This document shows positions 17,433-26,020 of a stretch of DNA of 33,557 bases, piece by piece. The translations under genes were made by a program, and so were the position numbers. Location: the sequence record SRR31156797_6247. The stretch is one strand, 5' to 3'. Numbering within the stretch: position 1 is the first letter of the stretch; the number at the start of each line of letters is the position of its first letter. The notes under the pieces are model-generated. The model saw only the letters and a list, made by a program, of their open reading frames with translations. It did not search any database and was not told the origin of the DNA.

Positions 17433-17484
17433 CAAATATACATGAAGAAAAAACTCTGAAAACTTTAATTGTATTAAAAGTTTC
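17433..17484 (-). promoter_or_regulatory. -7 promoter element plus palindromic operator for the tetR-tolC-MFP-RND operon
   Basis: TATATTTG on - at 17440-17433. Imperfect palindrome GAAAACTTTAAT-TGT-ATTAAAAGTTTC at 17458-17484 (10 of 12 positions match). Confidence 0.7.
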
Positions 17485-17707
17485 CACTTCTGTGTTAAAT
17501 TTTGTTAACATTAGCTAGGTGCTAGAGTAAATTTTTAACCAGTAGTAAATGTATACCGATAAAAACATATTGTATCAGATAATTAGGTAACCATTTTGAT
17601 TTTATCGGTAAATGGCACTTTAAGCTGGATTTTAACATTTGACGAGAATTATTTTATCTCTTATAATAAAATGGCTTATTTCGTGTTACTTATAAAAAGG
17701 GAAACAA

Positions 17708-18568
17708 ATGAAGAAAGAACTTGTTTTATTACTAGTATTGATATTTTCATGTTCACTTATATATGGGCAGGTTCCATTGGTGGGGGGAGAAAGAATAGAT
17801 TACTATAGTACTTGGACAGAAAGAGGTGCTAAAGTTGTTCCAATGGGCGAAGTTCATTTAAGTGCACTTGCTGTAAGTAGATATGGTAATTATCCAAAAA
17901 CAGAAATCAATTCGCAATTGTTATTGTTTCCTTTTGCACCTAATGTTGGTTTTAAACATCAATGGATAGGGAAGAATACCATACTGTCAAGTCAGCATAC
18001 TTTTTATTATCCAACTCTAGGCTTGAAGTGGATGCAAAATAGCGGCTTTAAAGATCAGATTCATGAATCTGCTGATGTTCCTCATATTTTCACCTTTAGA
18101 AATGAACTGATTTTAAGTTATATTTTAAATCCACAGCCAGCTGATTGTTTTGTTCGCATTCCCGATTTAATAGCAACGGGTCGTGTAGGATTTGATTTTT
18201 CTTTAAAATCGGGTGATGATAATCTTCCAATAGTGGATTATCACTTTTTATATCATCGAACGGCTTCCTATTATAAGAATCAGATACTGTATTTTGCTGG
18301 ATTGGAATTGGCAGGAAATGTGTATCGAAATTTTAACTTTTCAATAAACGCCGATTATTACAATATTGATTTTAATGGAGAATGGGCAGTTGAGAGTCAA
18401 GGGAAAATACATTGGCATAAAAACAGTCGCTTATCTGTTTCGGCAGGATATAAGATGTACTATTTAGATAGTAATTATGGAACTCAGTTTTTAGCAATAC
18501 CTGTTATCGATTTGGTTTTTAAACTCAACCATCGAACAAAACTACAAAATGGTTTGTTTAAAAAATAA
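17708..18568 (+). CDS. Hypothetical secreted / outer-membrane protein
   Basis: 286 aa with a signal peptide and many alternating beta-strand-like segments (YFAGLEL, FSINADY, SVSAGYK). Confidence 0.75.
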   Translation: MKKELVLLLVLIFSCSLIYGQVPLVGGERIDYYSTWTERGAKVVPMGEVHLSALAVSRYGNYPKTEINSQLLLFPFAPNVGFKHQWIGKNTILSSQHTFYYPTLGLKWMQNSGFKDQIHESADVPHIFTFRNELILSYILNPQPADCFVRIPDLIATGRVGFDFSLKSGDDNLPIVDYHFLYHRTASYYKNQILYFAGLELAGNVYRNFNFSINADYYNIDFNGEWAVESQGKIHWHKNSRLSVSAGYKMYYLDSNYGTQFLAIPVIDLVFKLNHRTKLQNGLFKK

Positions 18569-18591
18569 GCCGATCTGAAAAGACCGGCTTA
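18560..18591. terminator. Terminator hairpin between convergent genes
   Basis: TAAGCCGATCT-GAAA-AGACCGGCTTA. The A6 run at 18560-18565 supplies the U tract on the - strand. Confidence 0.75.
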
Positions 18592-18596
18592 CCATT

Positions 18597-20255
18597 TTAC
18601 TCGTGGTACAAACTTGTGTATAAGTATCGTTTAATATTTCGTTTAGGAGTTTTCTTAAATTCTTCAGGAAACAAAATTATTCTTGAAATTTTCATATAGG
18701 CAGGAAAATCTTTATTAATTATTTGTTTGTCTTTTTCCAATGCCGCCTGAATTTCATCTCTTGTTAAGCCTTCGGCATCGCAAGATTCATAATCAGGGTA
18801 TATTAAGGCAATTAGTTTGTGATCTTTGTCATCAGTAACAATTGATTCTTGTATAAAAGGCATATTGTTTAATCTGGCTTCAATTTCTTCAGGATAAATA
18901 TTTTGTCCAGATGGACCTAATAGCATATTTTTGCTTCTTCCTTTTATATATATGGTATCATCCTGATCGATTACTCCCAAATCGCCGGTTTTTAACCAAC
19001 CATCTTTGCTTAAAGCTTCAGCTGTGACATCAGAGTTTTTGTAATAACCTTGCATTACATTATCCCCTTTCACCTGAATTTCACCTACAACATTGAATGG
19101 ATCTTTAGAATCAATTCTCACCTGCATTCTATCTACAACCTTCCCACATGAATGTGGTTGGAATTGTTTACTTGGGCTGTAGCTAATCAATGGACCACAC
19201 TCAGTCATTCCATATCCAATGGTAAAAGGAAATTCAATCTTTTTAAGAAAATCTTCAACTTCCTTGCTAAGTGCAGCTCCTCCAATAATTACTTCAATAA
19301 AATTTCCACCGAAAGTTTCTATTAGTGAAGTTCTTATCTTTTTGTGGATTTTCTTTTCTAACAAAGGAATTTTAAGCATCAGCTTTACTCTTCGACTCTC
19401 TAATACTGGAAGAATTCGTTTTTTATATATTTTCTCCATAATTAATGGAACCAAACAAATCAATCGGGGTTTTACTTCCTGAAATGCCTTGGTAATTAAT
19501 TGTGGAGTTGGAACTCGTGATAAGAAAACAACATGGCAGCCACAACAAAATTCAGTTAAGAATTCGAACATGCATCCAAATACATGAGCCAATGGTAAAA
19601 ATGATACGATCTTATCTTCTGGACGAAGATCAATATAATCGAATCCTATTTGTACGTTAGAATACAAACATCTGAAAGAAAGCATTACACCTTTCGAGAA
19701 ACCTGATGTTCCTGAAGTATAAGATAAAACAGCAGTATCATCTTCTTTAGGATCTGCATATTTTAAATTATCTATGTCAATAGCACTTGCTTCTGATTTT
19801 TCGCTAGCAACTTTGTGAGCTTTAATCAGTTTTTCGCATGATGAACAAAGAACTTCAAATGCGCCAAGAGAAAGAATTCCCTTTAACTTTTTCATTTTGC
19901 CATCATCAATCTTATTAAAGATGTTTTCGGTGGAAAAAAGAAGTTTGGATTCCGAATGATTGACGATATGATGTATATCACTAGAATTAAAATCAGGAAG
20001 AATGGGAACAATTATAGCTCCATAAGTGATAGTTCCCAAATAAGTAACTGCCCAATTGTTCATGTTACGGCCTATAACCGCAACTTTATCTCCTTTTTTT
20101 ATTCCTAACTCCTTAAAAAGTAGATGTATCCAATGTATGCGTTGGGCAACTTCAGCGTAAGTGATTGTATCTTTTTGGTAATTCGTAAAAGCCGGAAGTT
20201 CTCGGTTTTTCTGTATTGTTTGCTGTATCGATTGTACTAACTTGTTTTGAATCAT
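18597..20255 (-). CDS. Long-chain-fatty-acid--CoA ligase (AMP-binding, FadD-like)
   Basis: YTSGTSGFSKG AMP-binding loop, LPLAHVFG, GYGMTE, WLKTGDLG and NIYPEEIE. Confidence 0.92.
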   Translation of the reverse strand: MIQNKLVQSIQQTIQKNRELPAFTNYQKDTITYAEVAQRIHWIHLLFKELGIKKGDKVAVIGRNMNNWAVTYLGTITYGAIIVPILPDFNSSDIHHIVNHSESKLLFSTENIFNKIDDGKMKKLKGILSLGAFEVLCSSCEKLIKAHKVASEKSEASAIDIDNLKYADPKEDDTAVLSYTSGTSGFSKGVMLSFRCLYSNVQIGFDYIDLRPEDKIVSFLPLAHVFGCMFEFLTEFCCGCHVVFLSRVPTPQLITKAFQEVKPRLICLVPLIMEKIYKKRILPVLESRRVKLMLKIPLLEKKIHKKIRTSLIETFGGNFIEVIIGGAALSKEVEDFLKKIEFPFTIGYGMTECGPLISYSPSKQFQPHSCGKVVDRMQVRIDSKDPFNVVGEIQVKGDNVMQGYYKNSDVTAEALSKDGWLKTGDLGVIDQDDTIYIKGRSKNMLLGPSGQNIYPEEIEARLNNMPFIQESIVTDDKDHKLIALIYPDYESCDAEGLTRDEIQAALEKDKQIINKDFPAYMKISRIILFPEEFKKTPKRNIKRYLYTSLYHE

Positions 20256-20561
20256 TAATTTACTAGGTTGATGCGACCGTTAAAGATAATAATCTTGACA
20301 AGAAAACATAAACTACACAAAGTCAATTTTGTTTAAAATTAGGCAAAGCTCTAGAAAATCAGTCAATTAATATCCTTATAAGATTCTTGAAAAAAGTAAG
20401 TAATTGAGAATTGACTTGATTAAAATTGACTTTTTGTTCACTAATTTTTCTGAATATCTGGATAATAAGTAAAGAATTAAATCCAATTTTATATTTTTGT
20501 AGCCTTGTTGTCTGATTTAAAGATCAAATAACAATTATTATCTCATTAAGTAATAATAAAA

Positions 20562-22007
20562 ATGGAACAGAAAAGAATTAAGATCAAAGATCTGTTGGTT
20601 TCAAGTGAAATTGGCAGTACGGTGAATGTGAAAGGATGGGTTAGAACAAAGCGAGGTAACAAGCAAATTAATTTTGTGGCTTTAAATGATGGTTCTACTA
20701 TTCAAAATCTTCAGATTGTTGTTGATGTTCCTAATTTTAATGAGGAGGAATTAAGAAAAATAACTACAGGTGCAGCTATCTCTGTTGATGGAGAGGTGAT
20801 TGAATCACAAGGTAGTGGACAATCAGTTGAGATTGCAGCTAAGAATATTGAAGTTTTAGGCGTTGCTGATCCTGAAAAATATCCTTTACAGCCAAAGAAG
20901 CACTCTTTGGAGTTTTTAAGAGAAAAAGCTCACTTGCGTTTTCGTACCAATACATTCAGTGCAGTTTTTCGTATTCGCCATGCAATGGCTTATGCTGTTC
21001 ATGAATTCTTTAATAAAAAAGGATTTTTCTACATGCACACGCCTTTAATTACAGGTTCGGATGCCGAAGGTGCTGGTGAAATGTTTAGAGTTTCGACATT
21101 AGATGCTAAAAATCCACCTTTAAACGAGGACGGTAGCATTAACTATAAAGAAGATTTTTTCGGAAAAGAGACTAATCTTACTGTTTCTGGACAGTTGGAA
21201 GGTGAGCTTGGAGCTATGGCTTTGGGTGAGGTTTATACTTTTGGTCCTACTTTCCGTGCTGAAAATTCAAATACAACTCGTCACTTGGCTGAGTTCTGGA
21301 TGATTGAACCAGAAATGGCTTTCTATGATATTACTGATAACATGGATTTGGCTGAAGAATTCTTAAAGTATATGATTAAATATGCTTTGGATAACTGTAT
21401 GGAAGATCTTCAATTCTTAAGTAAGAGATTGCAAGAAGAAGAAAAAGGCAAGAAAGCTGAAGATCGTTCAATGGAATTAATCGAGAAATTGAAGTTTGTA
21501 TTGGAAGATGATTTTGTTCGTTTGACATATACAGAAGCAATTGATATTCTTCGTAACTCAAAGCCAAACAAGAAGAAGAAATTCCAATACCTTATTGAAG
21601 GTTGGGGAGCAGATCTTCAGTCTGAGCACGAGCGTTATTTGGTTGAAAAGAAATTTAAAAAGCCAGTTATCCTGATTGATTATCCAAAAGAAATCAAATC
21701 GTTCTATATGAAACAGAATGATGATGGAAAAACAGTTGCTGCAATGGATATCTTATTTCCTGGAATTGGTGAAATTGTTGGAGGATCGCAACGTGAGGAA
21801 GATTTAGATAAATTGGTAACTCGCATGAAGGAGATGGGAGTTCCTGCAGATGAAATGGATTGGTATTTAGATACAAGAAGATTTGGATCGGCTACTCATT
21901 CAGGTTTCGGATTGGGATTTGAAAGAATGATGTTGTTTGTTACCGGAATGGGTAATATCCGTGATGTAATTCCTTTCCCAAGAACACCAAAGAATGCAGA
22001 GTTTTAA
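20562..22007 (+). CDS. asnS: Asparagine--tRNA ligase
   Basis: N-terminal OB fold [46 protein letters not shown] and IPFPRTP. Candidate -7 TATTTTTG at 20492. Confidence 0.98.
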   Translation: MEQKRIKIKDLLVSSEIGSTVNVKGWVRTKRGNKQINFVALNDGSTIQNLQIVVDVPNFNEEELRKITTGAAISVDGEVIESQGSGQSVEIAAKNIEVLGVADPEKYPLQPKKHSLEFLREKAHLRFRTNTFSAVFRIRHAMAYAVHEFFNKKGFFYMHTPLITGSDAEGAGEMFRVSTLDAKNPPLNEDGSINYKEDFFGKETNLTVSGQLEGELGAMALGEVYTFGPTFRAENSNTTRHLAEFWMIEPEMAFYDITDNMDLAEEFLKYMIKYALDNCMEDLQFLSKRLQEEEKGKKAEDRSMELIEKLKFVLEDDFVRLTYTEAIDILRNSKPNKKKKFQYLIEGWGADLQSEHERYLVEKKFKKPVILIDYPKEIKSFYMKQNDDGKTVAAMDILFPGIGEIVGGSQREEDLDKLVTRMKEMGVPADEMDWYLDTRRFGSATHSGFGLGFERMMLFVTGMGNIRDVIPFPRTPKNAEF

Positions 22008-22049
22008 AGAAAATCTCAAATTTCAATTGAGATGATTATAATATTTGAT

Positions 22050-22088
22050 AAGTCGTGTCACGCAAGTGATGCGGCTTTTTGTTTTTTA
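22050..22088 (+). terminator. Intrinsic terminator of asnS
   Basis: AAGTCGTGTCAC-GCAA-GTGATGCGGCTT followed by TTTGTTTTTTT. Confidence 0.88.
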
Positions 22089-22227
22089 GTTGTCTTTTTG
22101 AATTTGATTTTCGGTCATTGGTTTTTGAAACTTTATTTTTTAAACCTTTTCACTTTTGGCTTGATGTTTGTAAGTTCAGCGCAGATTATGTACCTTGCTT
22201 GATCTTAAAAAAAAGAACAGAATTCGT

Positions 22228-23682
22228 ATGTTAAAGCAAAGTTTACAGCAAAAGTTATTACAGAAATTATCACCTCAACAAATACAGGTGATAAAGTTGT
22301 TGGAGCTTCCTACTTTGCAACTCGAGGAAAGAATTAAGAAGGAGTTGGAAGAAAATCCTGTTCTCGAAGAAGGAGGAAACGAAGAAGAATATCAGGAAAG
22401 TAGTCAAACAGAAGATACGGCAGAGCCAGACTCCGATAGAGAAGAGTTTACTTTGGAAGATTACATGAATGATGAAGATGTTCCTTCTTATAAATTATCT
22501 GCACAAAACTATTCCAAAGACGATAAACACGAAGAAATACCTTTTTCGGGAGGAACTACCTTTCATGAATTATTGATTTCACAATTGGGACTTCGAATTT
22601 TATCTCCCGAAGATGCTGCATTAACTGAATATCTTATTGGGAATATCGATGAAGATGGATATTTGAGACGTGATATCGACAATATTGTTGATGATTTGGC
22701 ATTTTCAACTGGAGTAGAAACTTCTTTTGAACAGCTGGTTGAGTTGTTGAGAATCATTCAGGATTTTGATCCGGCAGGTGTAGGAGCAAGAGATTTACAG
22801 GAATGTTTGTTGTTGCAAATACAAAGAAAAGGCAAGCACAATCCAGATGTAAAATTGGCTCATATAATTCTAAAAAAGCATTTCGAAGAATTTACAAAGA
22901 AGCATTACGATAAAATTCAAAGACGTGTAAACGTCAGTGATGAAGACTTTAAGTGTGCGATTGATGAAATATTAAAGTTGAATCCTAAACCAGGATCGGC
23001 TTTTAACAACCCTATGGTAAAAGCATCGCCAACTATTATTCCTGATTTTATTTTGGAAGAGGAAGATGGTGATTTGCGTTTAAGTTTAAATGCTAGAAAT
23101 GTACCGGAACTTCACATCAGTAGATCGTATTCGGAAATGTTGCAGGATTATTCTGGTAACAAGAAGAATCAATCAAAAGAAAAGAAGGATGCAGTAATGT
23201 TTGTTAAGCAAAAATTGGATTCTGCAAAATGGTTTATCGATGCTATCAAGCAACGACAAAATACTTTGCTGGTTAGTATGAATGCAATTATCGACTTTCA
23301 GCGCGCATACTTTATGGAAGGGGATGAAAAGAAATTGAAACCAATGATTCTGAAAGATATTGCAGACATTACTGGTTTGGATATATCAACCATCTCGAGA
23401 GTTTCCAACTCGAAATACATACAAACGCACTTTGGTATTTTCTCATTAAAATATTTTTTCTCGGAAGGAATGCAAACAGATAGTGGAGAGGAAGTTTCTA
23501 CAAGAGAAATTAAGAAGATATTACAGGAGTGTGTTGATAACGAAGACAAGAAAAAACCACTTACTGATGACAAGTTGGCTGCTATCTTAAAAGAGAAATC
23601 GTACCAAATTGCTAGGAGAACAGTTGCTAAATACCGAGAACAATTAAATATCCCGGTAGCTCGATTAAGAAAAGAATTATAA
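22228..23682 (+). CDS. rpoN: RNA polymerase sigma-54 factor
   Basis: Gln/Leu-rich region I (MLKQSLQQKLLQKLSPQQIQ), ENPVLE, STISRV and the RpoN box ARRTVAKYRE. Start taken at ATG 22228. Confidence 0.97.
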   Translation: MLKQSLQQKLLQKLSPQQIQVIKLLELPTLQLEERIKKELEENPVLEEGGNEEEYQESSQTEDTAEPDSDREEFTLEDYMNDEDVPSYKLSAQNYSKDDKHEEIPFSGGTTFHELLISQLGLRILSPEDAALTEYLIGNIDEDGYLRRDIDNIVDDLAFSTGVETSFEQLVELLRIIQDFDPAGVGARDLQECLLLQIQRKGKHNPDVKLAHIILKKHFEEFTKKHYDKIQRRVNVSDEDFKCAIDEILKLNPKPGSAFNNPMVKASPTIIPDFILEEEDGDLRLSLNARNVPELHISRSYSEMLQDYSGNKKNQSKEKKDAVMFVKQKLDSAKWFIDAIKQRQNTLLVSMNAIIDFQRAYFMEGDEKKLKPMILKDIADITGLDISTISRVSNSKYIQTHFGIFSLKYFFSEGMQTDSGEEVSTREIKKILQECVDNEDKKKPLTDDKLAAILKEKSYQIARRTVAKYREQLNIPVARLRKEL

Positions 23683-23706
23683 ATTTTGTTAAAGAATAAA
23701 GAACTT

Positions 23707-23740
23707 GGTGCAAAGACAATTATCTTTGCGCCTTTGTTTT
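23707..23740 (+). terminator. Hairpin + T-tract after rpoN that also contains a -7 element
   Basis: GGTGCAAAGA-CAATTA-TCTTTGCGCC then TTTGTTTT. TATCTTTG lies at 23721-23728. Confidence 0.65.
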
Positions 23741-23804
23741 ATATAAGTATAAAATTACTGATACTTAATCCTGAATTATCAGGAAGACCCAATAATTGAA
23801 GAAT

Positions 23805-24407
23805 ATGAATCTTTCAAGAATAATCTCTGGAGTAGCACATCCTATGTTGATGCCTCTTTATTCAATTTTTATTGTATTTCATTCAGGAACCTATTTAGAT
23901 TACACACCGCCACAACTAATAAGAGTAATTTATTTAATTGTGGCAATATCAACAATATTATTGCCGGTAAGTGTGTTGCCATTGTTAAAAGCTCAAAAAT
24001 TAGTGTCTGATTATGGATTGGATAACAAAAGAGAAAGAATAATACCTCTTGCATTGTCGATTATTTTTTATGCATTGGGATTTTATTTGCTAATGAAATT
24101 TCCAATTACAAGAGTTGTAGCTCATTTACAGTTGGCTGCAATTATATCTATTGTTGTTATTGCTGGTATTTCTACAAAATGGAAAGTGAGCATTCATATG
24201 GCAGGAATAGGTGGTTTTCTTGGAATGATAATGGCTTTTTCAATTTTATTTTCAAGTTCGTTGCGCATGTATTTTATTGCAGGAATTTTAATGGCTGGTT
24301 TGTTGGCTTATTCCCGATTAAAATTAAACCTGCACACTCCTTCTCAGGTATATGCAGGTTTTGTATTAGGTTTTACTATTATTTTTTCTACTCTCTTACT
24401 AATGTAA
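23805..24407 (+). CDS. PAP2-superfamily integral membrane protein
   Basis: Six to seven TM helices. KVSIH and SRLKLNLHTPSQVYAG resemble PAP2 motifs C2 and C3. ATG 23805 is preferred; TTG 23796 is an alternative. Confidence 0.78.
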   Translation: MNLSRIISGVAHPMLMPLYSIFIVFHSGTYLDYTPPQLIRVIYLIVAISTILLPVSVLPLLKAQKLVSDYGLDNKRERIIPLALSIIFYALGFYLLMKFPITRVVAHLQLAAIISIVVIAGISTKWKVSIHMAGIGGFLGMIMAFSILFSSSLRMYFIAGILMAGLLAYSRLKLNLHTPSQVYAGFVLGFTIIFSTLLLM

Positions 24408-24409
24408 GA

Positions 24410-24829
24410 TTACTGACGTAACAACCACAAGTCGGGTTTTTTATTCAGTTTACGCAGTCGCTTTAATTCTTTTACAGCCGATTCTTTATTGTTGAATGAT
24501 TGCAGAACTACTCTATACTTGCCATTCTTTTCTAAAACAATTGAAGGGTATCCTTTTTGGTAGAGTCTACTTTTAAAATTATCCGCTTGTTTTTTGTAGT
24601 TGTAGCTTGCAGCTACAATATGGTAATCAAATATCTTTCTGTTTTGGGCAATTTGTTCATTTGTTAATTTAGGCTCCGGTTTTTCTGGAGGTGGAGTAAG
24701 TTCAGGAACTTGTCGTTTCGCAGTTTGCGCTACAACATTTTCTTTGTTTACTGTGGTTACCGATTTTTTATCATTACAGGATATCAGTAATAGAAAAACC
24801 GGGATGAGTAAATAAATCAATTTTGCCAT
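24410..24829 (-). CDS. SPOR-domain lipoprotein
   Basis: Lipobox LISC, Pro-rich linker and SPOR domain YHIVAASY...A...L...GY...YRV...F...A...WLL. Confidence 0.85.
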   Translation of the reverse strand: MAKLIYLLIPVFLLLISCNDKKSVTTVNKENVVAQTAKRQVPELTPPPEKPEPKLTNEQIAQNRKIFDYHIVAASYNYKKQADNFKSRLYQKGYPSIVLEKNGKYRVVLQSFNNKESAVKELKRLRKLNKKPDLWLLRQ

Positions 24830-24835
24830 ATCTAA

Positions 24836-25258
24836 TTATCGTTTGATATAAAGCCAGGTATCTTTATGCTCTTCTGTTGAGCGTACATTCTTTAATTCTT
24901 GAAAAGCCAATTTTCTATCCGAGAAACCCTTGTAGGATACACGATAGAATCCGTTAGTTGCATTGTGAACTTCAGATACATATCCTTCCGTCTTTAACTT
25001 CGATTGAAGTTTATCAGCATTCGATTGCTTTTCGAAACTGGCAACAATTAGAAAATACTTATTTGGAACTTTTTCAACAACAGGTTCTAATTTCTTTTTT
25101 GCTACCGGCTTAGCTGCAGGTTTTTTAACTTCTTTTTTCTTTACAACTTTTTCGGTTGTCGCTTTCTTCTTAGGAGTTTTAGCTTCTTCTTTACACGAAC
25201 TAAGTCCAACTGACACAATCAGAATACACAAAAGAAGAATTTTAGATAGATTACTCAT
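24836..25258 (-). CDS. SPOR-domain lipoprotein
   Basis: Lipobox LSSC, Lys-rich linker and SPOR domain YFLIVASF...NA...L...GY...YRV...F...A...WLY. ATG 25258 (GTG 25267 is an alternative). -7 element TAAATTTG on - at 25291-25284. Confidence 0.85.
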   Translation of the reverse strand: MSNLSKILLLCILIVSVGLSSCKEEAKTPKKKATTEKVVKKKEVKKPAAKPVAKKKLEPVVEKVPNKYFLIVASFEKQSNADKLQSKLKTEGYVSEVHNATNGFYRVSYKGFSDRKLAFQELKNVRSTEEHKDTWLYIKR

Positions 25259-25549
25259 AGCCTTCACATTAATATAATATTAACAAATTTACAATTTTAT
25301 TACTGATTTGAAGAATACTTTGTTTATTTGTTACAAGCTTCAAAAATGACTTAAATAGCTAAAGTAAATATTGAAGTTGATAATATTCTTATCAGAAAAA
25401 TACTAAATTCTTGCATGACTGGCGTAATGTTCTTGTAAATAATATATTTTTTTTTGATATGAATGAGTCCGAATTGGATAAAGATCATAATTGGAATAAA
25501 AAAATATCAAAATATATTTAGATTATTAATCGATAAAATTATTTAGAGT

Positions 25550-25924
25550 ATGAAGACAATTGCTTTGGTAGCCCATAATGAGAAAAAAAGTGTAATGTTG
25601 GCTTGGGTGAAAAGACATAAGGACGAATTAAAAAAGCACAAACTGATTGGAACTACTAATACTTCTGAAATATTAAATTCGGTGCTAGATTTGGAAGTTG
25701 AGCCTTTTGGTCATGGTCCAAATGGTGGAGATATTCTTTTAGCCGCACAAATACTGGAAGGAAAAGTAGATGAAGTCATATTTTTGATTGATGCCGAAAC
25801 TCCTCATGGACATGAACATGATATTCAAACATTGATTAGAACCTGCGTTTTGAACAACGTACCAATGGCTTTAAATGTAGCAACAGCTGATTATTTGGTA
25901 AAACTTAATAAATCAGAAAAATAG
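25550..25924 (+). CDS. mgsA: Methylglyoxal synthase (divergent)
   Basis: IALVAHNEKK, GPNGGD, FLID, HEHDIQTLIR and VPMALNVATAD match the MGS motif order. Confidence 0.85.
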   Translation: MKTIALVAHNEKKSVMLAWVKRHKDELKKHKLIGTTNTSEILNSVLDLEVEPFGHGPNGGDILLAAQILEGKVDEVIFLIDAETPHGHEHDIQTLIRTCVLNNVPMALNVATADYLVKLNKSEK

Positions 25925-25929
25925 CATTG

Positions 25930-25996
25930 TTAACGTTAAATTAACACAAACGTAACAAAACTGAAACATTTTCCTCTCCATGTGTTAGTATGTTTG
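25930..25996 (+). promoter_or_regulatory. Four tandem Pho-box-like repeats plus -7 element upstream of the phosphate transporter
   Basis: TTAACG 25930, TTAACA 25941, GTAACA 25952 and GAAACA 25963 (exact 11-bp period), then TATGTTTG at 25989-25996. Confidence 0.8.
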
Positions 25997-26020
25997 TCAT
26001 GAATTTACGAACTTAATAAC

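Noticed and set aside
17493-17510. TGTTAA direct repeat as another Pho box
   Set aside because: Only two units at 10-bp period, and no phosphate-related gene is adjacent.
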